DNA of 64,000 nucleotides from a virus (taxonomy: Duplodnaviria; Caudoviricetes). The notes under the pieces are model-generated. The model had not been told where the DNA came from and made no database searches. It worked only from the letters and a program-made list of their open reading frames with translations. Position 1 is the first letter of the stretch. Each line of letters starts with the position of its first letter. A program made the translations under genes and the position numbers. Where the stretch lies: IMG/VR virus record IMGVR_UViG_3300043673_000084, positions 2,219-66,218 of that record, one strand, 5' to 3'. Positions 17,986-27,479 of the stretch are shown here, one piece after another.

Positions 17986-19959
17986 ATGTTTCGAATGCTG
18001 GCCATATGCGTTCTCTTCGCCGCAATCCAGGCACACGCAATCGTTGTGAACCCTGCTTGTCAGGTTACAGTGGGGACGTTGACGTTGAGAGTCACAAGTC
18101 CACGATCATCTTGCATATCGCCATGCCTTATATTTTTCGATGCGACGGCATCGACTGATAGCGCCACGTTGGCCGGCGCGAACAATCCATTCCAGGACGT
18201 GACCTACACCTGGAAGTTTGGCGATACGCTTCTTTCTGGCACATCAACCTGGGCAAATGGTTCGAATCCGAACGGAAACAAAAGAAATGTGGCGACAGGA
18301 GCGATTGCCGCGCATCTGTACCTGACTCAGGGTAGAGACGCCAAGTACACGGCGACCGTCACCGCAACCGATGGCACGAATACAGCGGTCTGTGGTGTAG
18401 GCGCGACGGCCTTCGATCCGAATGGCTCCAACGGATTTCCAGGAACGGCGACGACCTGCATCTCATCCTCCGGTACGCCTGTCGCCGGCAGCGGTGGTTG
18501 CCCCGCTGGCGCAGGGGCACTCAATACATCGAACTTCAACACGGCGCTCACTAGCTCGCTCTCAAACAAGCGCGTGCTGTTCAAATGCGGCGATACCTTC
18601 ACTGGTGATAACGCCACCTTAAGCGGCACCAAGTGGAGTGTCGGTGCCTACGGCGGGTGTGAGAACACGCAAAGCGGCAGACCGATCATTCGCGATTCCG
18701 GCTCGACGGGGCAATTCACTCCGACCGGTGGCGGGGATGGGCGAATCGCTGATCTTGATTTCGAGGGCAGCGGCAGCAGCTACGCCATACAAACATTTGG
18801 CGGTGTCGTCACATACCAGATGACGCTGTACAACCTGCTATCTAATGGGAACAACGAATCATACAAATATTCGTTCGGTGCGCAATGGGGTCTGGTAGGC
18901 CTGGTGCAGGCTAATACGACCGCTATCGGCACCTTTATGAATTACGGCGAGAACAACCCTCCTTACTCCGGAAACGTCTTTAACAACCTCGACTATGCCG
19001 CGTTAATGGGTAGTTTTATCAATGGCGTTGGCCCTACGCCCGGTAACAACAACGGAATTGAAACGGTGCGTATATCATCGTGCCGCTTGTGTGTGATAGC
19101 GAACAACACCATTCAGAATGCAAATGGCGTCGGCGCAGTCTTGAAGTTCCATGAAGGAAATACCAACGACAGTTGCAGTACGCAGGCACAGCCACCGACA
19201 ACAGGATGCCGCCCACCGTGCGTCGTTGGTACTAATATCGATGGCAATGGCATACACAGAGGCGGCATCTTCGCGACAACGTCATGTTGGGTGGGAGTCT
19301 TCACCGAACTTATTGAAATATCTGACAATCTGTTTACGGGCAACTCAGGATCAAATCTCGTGGAGTTCCTGCCTCAAAATGCAGGTGCTGATGAACGGAT
19401 GCGTCTCGCCGTAGTAGAGCGTAACTTTTTTACCTCGACGACTGGGCCTGCCGATGGGCGGGATCTGCTAGTTGCTGCGGTAAATTCAACGGTTAGAGAT
19501 AATATATTTTTCGTCCCGTCTAGTCATCCGAATGCACCGTTTGCGGGTATTCAAATTGCTCAGCGCGGCGTTGAGCCTGTTCCTCAATTCGTTGAGCTAT
19601 ACAACAACACCTGTTATTTCCTCACTAACCAAAGCGGTCAGTACTGCGGCGGCTTCGATGGCAATAACTTCTCAGCCCCGGGCATCAATAGTTTTTCAAA
19701 GAACAATCTGTTCTTCGCCGTAGGCGGCGGTCACAACACAATCACCGACAACGGCACAGGAAACGCAGTCAGCAACAACACGGCGAACGGCAGCAATACG
19801 AATAATCCCTCCATGACTAACGGTAGCGGAACATTCAGCCTCATTTCTGACTTCAAGCCAACTGCCAATTTTACAGGAGGCACAAGCGTGCCCGTAGTCA
19901 ATGATGCGCTCGGTATTCAGTGGTCGCCAACCTGGGACTTCGGCGCGGTGCACCACTAA
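17986..19959 (+). CDS. Secreted-type PKD + beta-helix protein, Cys-rich
   Basis: MFRMLAICVLFAAIQAHA signal peptide; FDATASTD...YTWKFGD...AHLY...YTATVTATDG PKD motif; VLFKCGDTF; repeated NNT/NNLF. Confidence 0.7.
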   Translation: MFRMLAICVLFAAIQAHAIVVNPACQVTVGTLTLRVTSPRSSCISPCLIFFDATASTDSATLAGANNPFQDVTYTWKFGDTLLSGTSTWANGSNPNGNKRNVATGAIAAHLYLTQGRDAKYTATVTATDGTNTAVCGVGATAFDPNGSNGFPGTATTCISSSGTPVAGSGGCPAGAGALNTSNFNTALTSSLSNKRVLFKCGDTFTGDNATLSGTKWSVGAYGGCENTQSGRPIIRDSGSTGQFTPTGGGDGRIADLDFEGSGSSYAIQTFGGVVTYQMTLYNLLSNGNNESYKYSFGAQWGLVGLVQANTTAIGTFMNYGENNPPYSGNVFNNLDYAALMGSFINGVGPTPGNNNGIETVRISSCRLCVIANNTIQNANGVGAVLKFHEGNTNDSCSTQAQPPTTGCRPPCVVGTNIDGNGIHRGGIFATTSCWVGVFTELIEISDNLFTGNSGSNLVEFLPQNAGADERMRLAVVERNFFTSTTGPADGRDLLVAAVNSTVRDNIFFVPSSHPNAPFAGIQIAQRGVEPVPQFVELYNNTCYFLTNQSGQYCGGFDGNNFSAPGINSFSKNNLFFAVGGGHNTITDNGTGNAVSNNTANGSNTNNPSMTNGSGTFSLISDFKPTANFTGGTSVPVVNDALGIQWSPTWDFGAVHH

Positions 19960-20786
19960 TGCCCGCAGTCGCAGTTAACGGTGTTCCTGCCTCTGTCATT
20001 ACGACTGCTACGATAGGATCAAACCTGACGGCCGGAACGCCAGTCACGTTCAATGTCACGCTTCCTGCTGGAACTGATTGCCTGGCATTCGAGGAAGTTA
20101 GTTTCCCAACTGGTGGTGCTGTCGCGACGGCGCCTACTGCCGTCACCTACAACGGTGTCGCGCTAACGATGGTCCCAGGGAGTTTTGTGGCGAATCCCGG
20201 TGGCAACACCATGGGATCTTCTATCTGGTATTTGCTTTCTCCACCGACTGGTTCCTCCTTGGTTCTTTCCGTTACGTATGGAAGTACGCTCGAAGGCGCG
20301 CTTGGTCTAGCGGCGATTCCATTGATTGGAGTCAATCAATCAAGCCCCGTTGGTATCGCGGCGACTGCCACTGGCAACTCCATAACTCCCGCCGTGACTG
20401 CGACAGGTGCTGGAGAAAACGATCTATACATGGGAATTAGCGGCGATCTGAGCGCCACCACGATTGCTTCCGGTGGCAGCCAGACTTCGTTGTGGACGCA
20501 AATCTCTCGAGGATCGGTCATCTCCGCTGGCGACTCTTTGCCGGGATCTGGTAGCGGTGCATTTTCATGGACCGTCGCTATCAGTCAATGGGCGGCGAGC
20601 GCAGTGGCGTTCCAAGCCTCAACCGGCGCTCCTAACGCTGGCGCGTTGATTCTGGCTGGCCAAGCGCCACAAAGAATCCAGGGAACACGTCTGACTCCAG
20701 GCACCGCGAAGATTCGCGATAAGTGCCGAGAAGCAGTGCGCTCGATCTTCTTGCCGGGATGGAAGCGCGATTTAGCCCATGGCTAA
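19959..20786 (+). CDS. S/T/G/A-rich putative virion appendage protein
   Basis: TAATG coupling; VTYNGVALT, WAASAVAF; one GALILAGQAP repeat unit near the C-terminus. Confidence 0.6.
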   Translation: MPAVAVNGVPASVITTATIGSNLTAGTPVTFNVTLPAGTDCLAFEEVSFPTGGAVATAPTAVTYNGVALTMVPGSFVANPGGNTMGSSIWYLLSPPTGSSLVLSVTYGSTLEGALGLAAIPLIGVNQSSPVGIAATATGNSITPAVTATGAGENDLYMGISGDLSATTIASGGSQTSLWTQISRGSVISAGDSLPGSGSGAFSWTVAISQWAASAVAFQASTGAPNAGALILAGQAPQRIQGTRLTPGTAKIRDKCREAVRSIFLPGWKRDLAHG

Positions 20787-22380
20787 CACGACGATCACGC
20801 CGAACACGGGGAAGTTAAGTCTTTCCTTGGCGGCAATCGCGGTTGCTGCAACTGGGGCTCTTGCGCTGGTTGGATCGGCGCCGCTCATAAATTTCGTGGC
20901 GACGAAGATCACTCCGAGCACTGGTTCGCTGGTTCTCACTACGGCAGTTCAGCCATCGAACATTGTTCCAAGTACCGGGAACCTGACACTGGCTGGACAG
21001 ATAGTAGGGATCTCCGGTACGAATTCGGCGATCACGCCGCATACCGGCGCGCTGATCCTGACGACAGTCACTTCCAAATCCATCCAGATTGGAACTGGCT
21101 CGCTATCGATCGCCGGGCAGACGCCGGGACAGATTCTCGGTCTACAGGCGCCCTCGAGCGGCGCATTGGCGCTGGTAGGATCTGCGCCATCGCTTCGCCT
21201 TGGGACGGTTGCAGCGCCTCTCGCTGGCTCGCTGACGCTCAATGGACAAGTCCCTGGTATTGGTGTCCTCGGCAAGATAACGCCGTTCCCTGGGTCTCTA
21301 TCACTAGCTGGGCAAGCGCCGGTTCTATCGCTATCCACTACGCTGCCGGCCAGTTCAGGCAGCCTGGTATTGGCCGGGGATTCGCCGGCGCTGTCGTTCG
21401 GGACAGTCATCGTGCCCGCGGCCGGCGCGCTGGCACTTGCCGGACAGCAGGTGTCTCTTGGTGGTCTTCACACGATCACGCCGAACAGCGGTTCTCTGGC
21501 GCTATCCGGCAATCAAGCTGCTGCTCTTGTCGCTACGGGCCTCAAGCCACAGACACTGCCATTGAGTCTTGTCGGCCAGGCGCCGACGCTGCTGACGCCG
21601 CAGACCATAAAGCCATCGACTGGGACGCTGTCTGTAGCTGGGCAGTCGCCCGGCATCATCATTCCGAGCAATCAGACTGTCACGCCAAATTCTGGCGCGC
21701 TGGTGATGCTGGGAATTTCTCCTCAAGCGATCATTCCTGTTCGTCTATCGCCGAACACTGGAGCGATAGGCATTGCAGGACAGGCGCTAAGCTCATCGAT
21801 CAACACATTCAGCACGCCTAATACCGGCGCGCTGAGTATCGCTGGCCAGGGCATCAAGGTCATATCGCCATTGTCGATTGGATCAGGCGCTCTCTCCCTG
21901 GTTGGCCAGCGGCCATCATTGTTTGTGCCAATCACGCTCGCGACCAACTCTGGCGCGCTCGGACTCGCATCTGGCGATCCGCCGGCGGTGGTCTCGAATC
22001 GATCTGTCGTTGGTCTATACGATCAGGATCCTATGTTCATCGACTCGGAAACCCGCATCTTCGAGACGTTCAAGTTTCCTGAGTTGGGCCCCACCGAAGC
22101 CCGCGTGTTGACGTTCGACTTCACCAAGGATCTTCAGAACGGCGAGCAATTGACCGGGATAATTCATGTCTCGGTCTCTGTGACAGCGGGTAGCGATCCG
22201 AATCCGGCCAATATTCTCAATGGCGTCCCATCGTTCGACACTGGATTGACGATGGCAATGCAGCCTGTGGACTGCAGCAAAGCCATAATCGACAACGACT
22301 ACTACTTTGTCGTGACTTGTCCGACGACCAATCCAGACAAGATTCTCGCGCGCTACGCGCTGCTTCAAGTACGAGGGTAA
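20779..22380 (+). CDS. Repeat protein (~19 x ~22-aa P-x-[TS]-G-x-L-x-L-x-G-Q-x-P units) with an acidic C-terminal adaptor-like domain
   Basis: Repeats visible in the translation; C-domain PTEARVLTFDFTKDLQNGEQL. Confidence 0.7.
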   Translation: MANTTITPNTGKLSLSLAAIAVAATGALALVGSAPLINFVATKITPSTGSLVLTTAVQPSNIVPSTGNLTLAGQIVGISGTNSAITPHTGALILTTVTSKSIQIGTGSLSIAGQTPGQILGLQAPSSGALALVGSAPSLRLGTVAAPLAGSLTLNGQVPGIGVLGKITPFPGSLSLAGQAPVLSLSTTLPASSGSLVLAGDSPALSFGTVIVPAAGALALAGQQVSLGGLHTITPNSGSLALSGNQAAALVATGLKPQTLPLSLVGQAPTLLTPQTIKPSTGTLSVAGQSPGIIIPSNQTVTPNSGALVMLGISPQAIIPVRLSPNTGAIGIAGQALSSSINTFSTPNTGALSIAGQGIKVISPLSIGSGALSLVGQRPSLFVPITLATNSGALGLASGDPPAVVSNRSVVGLYDQDPMFIDSETRIFETFKFPELGPTEARVLTFDFTKDLQNGEQLTGIIHVSVSVTAGSDPNPANILNGVPSFDTGLTMAMQPVDCSKAIIDNDYYFVVTCPTTNPDKILARYALLQVRG

Positions 22381-22385
22381 TTCCA

Positions 22386-23714
22386 ATGGCGCAAGACAGA
22401 GGGTCGCGCATGCAAACGCGCGACCGGATGAACGTGCGCGACAGGGAAAGCTTCTTTGCGCCTGGAGAGATCGGTAGGACCAGAAGTGTCACTCCAGAAG
22501 GGTATTTGCTGTGTGCTGGGGTTGCCATTGCCCGCACCGGAAAGCAGAGCTACCACGTCTCTGAAATCAAGGCCAGCGGCTCGGATAAAGCGCTCGATGG
22601 CGACAAAGACGGCAGGGTCATCGTTGAACGATTGCCTGAGGAAGTCTTCCGGCCAGAGACCATGGCCAGCTTCAACGGGAAGTCGGTCACGGTCAATCAC
22701 CCTGAAGAATTTGTCAGCCCAGAAACCTACAGCGAAATTGAAATCGGCACGGTGCATAACGTGCGCCGCGGTGAGGGGATCGAAGACGATTTGTTGCTCG
22801 CGGATCTTCTCATCAAAGATCCGATGGGAATCGCATACGTCAACAACCATCTTCCGCAAGTTTCGTGCGGCTACGACTCGCACTACGTTCAGACAGAACC
22901 CGGCCACGCTACCCAAGTGGATATCGTCGGCAATCATGTTGCTTTAGTTGATCGTGGCCGCGCTGGTCCGCGATGCGCCATCAAAGACGATGATCGTCTC
23001 AATATCACCCAAGAGGAAAAGTTTCTTATGGCTACCAAGAAAGTGAAATTCGTGGACCAGATTGCGCGGATGTTCACCGCATTCCAGACCAAGGATGAGG
23101 CTGCGCTGAAGGTCATTGCGGCGGAAGTTGGCGATGAAGACCCGGAGGAAACGATGGACGCTGAGACCAAGAAGCAAATGAAGGACGTCTACGACTGGAT
23201 GCAATCGTGCAAGGCCAAGGATGCTGCCAAGGAAAAAGAGGAAGAGGATCGCAAGAAGAAGGAGGCCGAAGACAAGGCCGCCAAGGATGCGATCCTGTCG
23301 GCAGAAACCACGGCCGCTCCGGACCTTGGCCGCCTGTACACGGGCGATGCGCTGACGACTGTGTTCTCACGCGCTGAGATTCTGGCTCCCGGGATTTCCA
23401 TCCCGACCGGCGATGCAGTCAAGACCAAGGGCACCATCGAAAGCCTGATGGCGCGTGCGCTCGATACGGCCTACGCCACAGAAGTCGGCAAGGAATGCGT
23501 CACGCCATTCCTGAATGGCAAGGACTTGAAGGCATTGACCACAGACACTGTTTCGCTTGCGGCGGCGTTTGCCGGCGCTGCGGAACTGATGCGCAAGGCC
23601 AACAACAGCAACAAGACGCCGACGCACAAAGGCCGCACCGGCGATTTCAGTAAGCCAATTTCGGTGGCGGACGTCCAGAAGGCCAACGACGACTTTTGGG
23701 CTGGGCGCATCTAA
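22386..23714 (+). CDS. DUF2213 capsid maturation protease/scaffold
   Basis: TPEGYLLC..V.IARTG.Q.Y, R.PEEVF..ETMASF.GK.VT..HP, SCGYD, GNHVALVDRGRAG.RCAIKD. Confidence 0.9.
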   Translation: MAQDRGSRMQTRDRMNVRDRESFFAPGEIGRTRSVTPEGYLLCAGVAIARTGKQSYHVSEIKASGSDKALDGDKDGRVIVERLPEEVFRPETMASFNGKSVTVNHPEEFVSPETYSEIEIGTVHNVRRGEGIEDDLLLADLLIKDPMGIAYVNNHLPQVSCGYDSHYVQTEPGHATQVDIVGNHVALVDRGRAGPRCAIKDDDRLNITQEEKFLMATKKVKFVDQIARMFTAFQTKDEAALKVIAAEVGDEDPEETMDAETKKQMKDVYDWMQSCKAKDAAKEKEEEDRKKKEAEDKAAKDAILSAETTAAPDLGRLYTGDALTTVFSRAEILAPGISIPTGDAVKTKGTIESLMARALDTAYATEVGKECVTPFLNGKDLKALTTDTVSLAAAFAGAAELMRKANNSNKTPTHKGRTGDFSKPISVADVQKANDDFWAGRI

Positions 23715-23757
23715 GGCAATCGCTCGGAAAATCACTCACTTTTAAGGAAGGAAAATC

Positions 23758-24279
23758 ATGGGTCAGTCAATCACTTTCCGCGCGCCGTTTGCCATCGCTG
23801 GCGATCTGACGCGCAACGCCGGCAACGATAGGGTCGAATCGCAGGCGCTCGGCGCTTCGCCACTGGGCGCCTATGGCATCGCAGTCAAAATGGTCAACGG
23901 CCTCATCGTCCCGCTGTCCGCGGCCGGAGATCAAATCTACGGATTCCTGGTCCGTCCCTTCCCGACGACCGGCGCCAACGCGTCTGATCCGCTGGGTACC
24001 GGAGTGCCCGCGCTGGCCGCGCAGAACGCTCAGTTGAGCATCTTGGTGAGCGGATACATCGGCGTGTTCGTCCAGGAAGGCGCTGGCTCAGTCGCATCGA
24101 ATAGCGCGGTGTTCGCGCGCTATGCGGCGTCCGGCAACCTGGTGATCGGCGGCCTTGGTGGCGCTTCAATCGCCAGCAACAACGTCGCGATCACTTCCGC
24201 GAACTCCTACGGTTCTGGCGCGTTTTTCACGGGCAACACCGACGCCAATGGACTCGCAGAGGTCAGATTTAATATTTAG
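23758..24279 (+). CDS. Capsid decoration/cement protein
   Basis: Between protease and MCP; YGFLVRPFPT, LAEVRFNI. Confidence 0.75.
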   Translation: MGQSITFRAPFAIAGDLTRNAGNDRVESQALGASPLGAYGIAVKMVNGLIVPLSAAGDQIYGFLVRPFPTTGANASDPLGTGVPALAAQNAQLSILVSGYIGVFVQEGAGSVASNSAVFARYAASGNLVIGGLGGASIASNNVAITSANSYGSGAFFTGNTDANGLAEVRFNI

Positions 24280-24307
24280 GCCTTACTTCAATCACAGGGA
24301 AATCCAT

Positions 24308-24331
24308 GGCGCCTTCGGGCGCCTTTTTTTT
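24308..24331 (+). terminator. Intrinsic terminator-like hairpin directly before the MCP RBS
   Basis: GGCGCC-TTCG-GGCGCC-T8. Confidence 0.75.
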
Positions 24332-24345
24332 GGAGATTATATTTT

Positions 24346-25413
24346 ATGAAAGTGTCGAAAAACCTTATGCGCGCTGCGCGCGGCTTTAACAAAGTCGAGG
24401 GCATTGATACCCGGCTGACGCATCGCGAGCGGCTTTCGACGCGCGATGCCATGATGACTTTCGACCAGGCCACCATCGATTCCGCGGGTGTCTTCCTGGT
24501 TGGAGAGCTCGAGCGATTGGACCAGCGCTTGCACAAGCCGCTGGTGTCGGTCACCTGGACCCGCGATATCGATATGCGCCAGGACGTCTCAATGGCGGAC
24601 GAAGAGTCCAGCTTCACCAACTCAACCTTTGCGGCCGCGCAGGGTATGGGTGGGTCGAACAAGTCCTGGGCATCCAAGGACGGAACGGCGATTGCGGGTA
24701 TCGGCCTCGATATCGGCAAGACCATTCAGCCCTTGCCGATCTGGGCGATGGAAGTCTCCTGGACGCTGCCGGAACTGCAGAGTGCCGAGAAGCTGGGCCG
24801 GCCCGTCGACTCGCAGAAATTCGAGTTCATGCAGTTGAAGTATCAGATGGACGTCGACGAAGAGACCTACATGGGCGACGCGGCGCTGGGCATGAACGGC
24901 ATGTTCAACCACACGGCGCTGTCCAACACCGGCAACGCGGTGAACGGCAACTGGGCGAACCAGACCCCTGCGAACATTCTGCAGGACGTCAATTCGATGC
25001 TCACCAGCCAGTGGACCACGGCGGGTTACGCAGTGATGGCAGACCGCATCCTGATCTCTCCCCCGGAGTACACGCTGCTGCGCTCCACCTTGATCAGCAC
25101 GGCGGGCAACATCAGCGTCCTCAAGTTCATTGAGGAAAACAACGCGGCCGTTGGTTTGACCACGACCCCGCTGCGCATCCTGCCTTGCAAGTGGCTGTTG
25201 GGAACGAACAACGGCGGCAAGGGCCCATCGGCGACCGACAGCATGTTCGCGTATGTGAAGGACCCGATGCGGATTCGTCTGCCCCTGGTTCCCCTCCAGC
25301 GCACGCCTGTCGAATATCGCGGTATTCGACAGATCACAACTTATTTCGGTCGCCTCGGCGGCATCGAGTTGGTGTACTCGGATACCGCAGCCCGCCGCAG
25401 CAATTTGGGGTAA
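24346..25413 (+). CDS. Major capsid protein (DUF2184)
   Basis: TFDQATIDSAGVFLVGELERLDQ.LH.PLVSVTWTRDI, TTYFGRLGGIELVY. Confidence 0.92.
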   Translation: MKVSKNLMRAARGFNKVEGIDTRLTHRERLSTRDAMMTFDQATIDSAGVFLVGELERLDQRLHKPLVSVTWTRDIDMRQDVSMADEESSFTNSTFAAAQGMGGSNKSWASKDGTAIAGIGLDIGKTIQPLPIWAMEVSWTLPELQSAEKLGRPVDSQKFEFMQLKYQMDVDEETYMGDAALGMNGMFNHTALSNTGNAVNGNWANQTPANILQDVNSMLTSQWTTAGYAVMADRILISPPEYTLLRSTLISTAGNISVLKFIEENNAAVGLTTTPLRILPCKWLLGTNNGGKGPSATDSMFAYVKDPMRIRLPLVPLQRTPVEYRGIRQITTYFGRLGGIELVYSDTAARRSNLG

Positions 25414-25483
25414 TCTCACCCCTCTGGACACCCGGAAGTCCTGTGTCGATCTTGTTCAACCCTTTCAAACAGGACTTCCGGTT

Positions 25484-26074
25484 ATGCCATCAATCAATGT
25501 ATTGAAACCCTTCGTTTTCTCCCTCCCTGGCACAAATGGGAAAATGGCCAGAGAACACAAGTTCTCGGTCGGCGAGCACGAAGTCAGCGATGAAGTTGCG
25601 AACCATCCGTGGATTGCTGAGAGCTTCGCGGATGGCCATATCGAAACGCCGAAGGCGCGTGCGGAGCGCACGGCGCGCGCCGCGGCGGCGGCGGATGCCG
25701 CGGCAAAAGCTGCTGCCAAAGCCAAGGCAGCGGCAGAGGCATCCGTCAAGCGGCTCGAGGCGGCGAACACCAACGGACAAAAGACTGCTGCTGCGACGGA
25801 TGAATTGAATCTACCGATCGGTCAAGTTGCCACCAACAATGGCGCCGGCACGGGCGCGAAGTTGGGCAAGGACATCGACCCCAACGATCCCGCTCTGCAT
25901 ACGCCGTTGAGCGAACTGCAGACTGACCAGGAAGCGCTGGATAAGGCCGCCCAGGAAAAGGCCGCTGCTGACGCGGAAGTGGCTCGGGCTGCTGAGTTGG
26001 AAAAGAGGGTAGGTCCGCAGACTGGCGATGCGGCGGCCAACGTGCGGGCGACGCTGGGTCTCAGAACAAAGTAG
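25484..26074 (+). CDS. Head-associated hypothetical protein
   Basis: INVLKPF...F.VGEHEV.DEVA.HPW; follows MCP. Confidence 0.6.
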   Translation: MPSINVLKPFVFSLPGTNGKMAREHKFSVGEHEVSDEVANHPWIAESFADGHIETPKARAERTARAAAAADAAAKAAAKAKAAAEASVKRLEAANTNGQKTAAATDELNLPIGQVATNNGAGTGAKLGKDIDPNDPALHTPLSELQTDQEALDKAAQEKAAADAEVARAAELEKRVGPQTGDAAANVRATLGLRTK

Positions 26075-26080
26075 GCCGCC

Positions 26081-26524
26081 ATGGCAGTCACCCCGGAATC
26101 GTTTCGTGAGGATCACAACGAGTTCAAGGATCCGAACATCTACAGTGATCACGACATCAATTTCAACATTGGAATTGCGGGGAAGTTGCTGAACGTCTCC
26201 CGCTGGGATGATCTGCTGGATGCGGGAACTGCGCTATTCGTAGCGCATTTTTTGGTGTTGTCGGCGCGCGCGAAGAAGACAGCGGCCGCCGGCGGCATAC
26301 CCGGCGCTCCTGTCGGCATGCTGACTTCGAAGTCGGTCGACAAGGTTTCTGCTGGGTATGATGTCGATTCAGTCGCAATGACGGACGGCGCTTTCTGGAA
26401 CATGACGGTCTATGGGATCAGGTTCCTGCAACTCTCCCGCATGATCGGCGCTGGCGGCGTCCAAGTCGGTGCTGGCGGGTTCATCGGTCCAAATGCTGAT
26501 TTCGGGTTCTCCACTCAGCAATAG
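26081..26524 (+). CDS. Head-tail connector (DUF4054)
   Basis: FREDHNEF.D, LFVAHFL, SKSVDKVS..YD, WNMTVYGIRF. Confidence 0.88.
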   Translation: MAVTPESFREDHNEFKDPNIYSDHDINFNIGIAGKLLNVSRWDDLLDAGTALFVAHFLVLSARAKKTAAAGGIPGAPVGMLTSKSVDKVSAGYDVDSVAMTDGAFWNMTVYGIRFLQLSRMIGAGGVQVGAGGFIGPNADFGFSTQQ

Positions 26525-26527
26525 CCG

Positions 26528-27094
26528 ATGCCACCCCGAGTCACGATCACCAAGGACAATGTGTCCAAGGTGTTCGCTGGCATTACGGAGCTTGTCGGCC
26601 AGCAAGTCCTGATCGGGATCCCTGAAGACAAGAACAAGCGCGAAGGCGATGACACCGCCAACAACGCCATGATCGGCGCGGTTCACGAATTCGGGAGCCC
26701 GCTGCAGAACATCCCGGCGCGTCCCTGGTTGATCCCAGGCGTTAAAAAGGCTGAAAAACCAGCACTTACGCAACTTCGAAAGGCGGCGGATGCGGCGCTC
26801 AACGGGAACACCGAAGAGGCTGCGCGGCGACTGGCGGCGGCCGGCATCATCGGCGCGAACGAAGCGCGCGGCGAGATCAACTCGAACATTCCGCCGCCTT
26901 TGTCCCCGTCGACTATTGCGCATCGTCCAGGCCAGCGAAAAACGAAATCCATGCGCAAGAGCGAGATTAAATATTTCGAACTGCTGGACTCTGGAATGTC
27001 TCCCGGAGACGCGCAAAGCGCGGCCGGGATAGTGGCATTAATCAATTCTGGGCAACTCCGTAATTCGATCACCAGCGTTGTGAGAAAGAAGTAA
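26528..27094 (+). CDS. Neck/tail completion protein
   Basis: VLIGIPE, HEFGSP..NIPARPWL.PG, LINSGQLRNSIT. Confidence 0.8.
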   Translation: MPPRVTITKDNVSKVFAGITELVGQQVLIGIPEDKNKREGDDTANNAMIGAVHEFGSPLQNIPARPWLIPGVKKAEKPALTQLRKAADAALNGNTEEAARRLAAAGIIGANEARGEINSNIPPPLSPSTIAHRPGQRKTKSMRKSEIKYFELLDSGMSPGDAQSAAGIVALINSGQLRNSITSVVRKK

Positions 27095-27475
27095 ATGCCC
27101 GAGCTCGATGTCAGCGACATTTTGGACGATATCGACTTTGTACAGCTTGGGCTGATCTGCAACCGAACTACTCAGGTGGTTGGGCAGAATGGGCGCGCTG
27201 TGAATACGGCGGTCGCCACGCGCTTTGCCGGGGTTGTGACGCAACTCAGCGGCAGTCAACTGAAGCGAAAGGCCGAAGGCGAGTACATCTCGGGAAGCAT
27301 CCTGATCATCACGCGATTCAGGCTCCAGGACGGAAAGACTGGGCGCACCGCGGATACCGTCGAACGAGACGGACGAACCTACACGGTGTCGGACGTCGAC
27401 AACTATTCAACCTATGGCGCCGGCTTCGTTGAAGCCGTCTGCGAACTGCTGCCGCTGAGACCACTGAAGGATTGA
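27095..27475 (+). CDS. Head closure/adaptor protein
   Basis: MPELDVSDILDD.DF, YGAGFVEAVC; synteny. Confidence 0.75.
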   Translation: MPELDVSDILDDIDFVQLGLICNRTTQVVGQNGRAVNTAVATRFAGVVTQLSGSQLKRKAEGEYISGSILIITRFRLQDGKTGRTADTVERDGRTYTVSDVDNYSTYGAGFVEAVCELLPLRPLKD

Positions 27476-27479
27476 TCCA

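Noticed and set aside
17966-17990. -1 frameshift fusing the Ig protein to the PKD protein at AAT-TTT-TGA
   Set aside because: No X-XXY-YYZ heptamer in phase; the downstream gene has its own GAGGA RBS and signal peptide.
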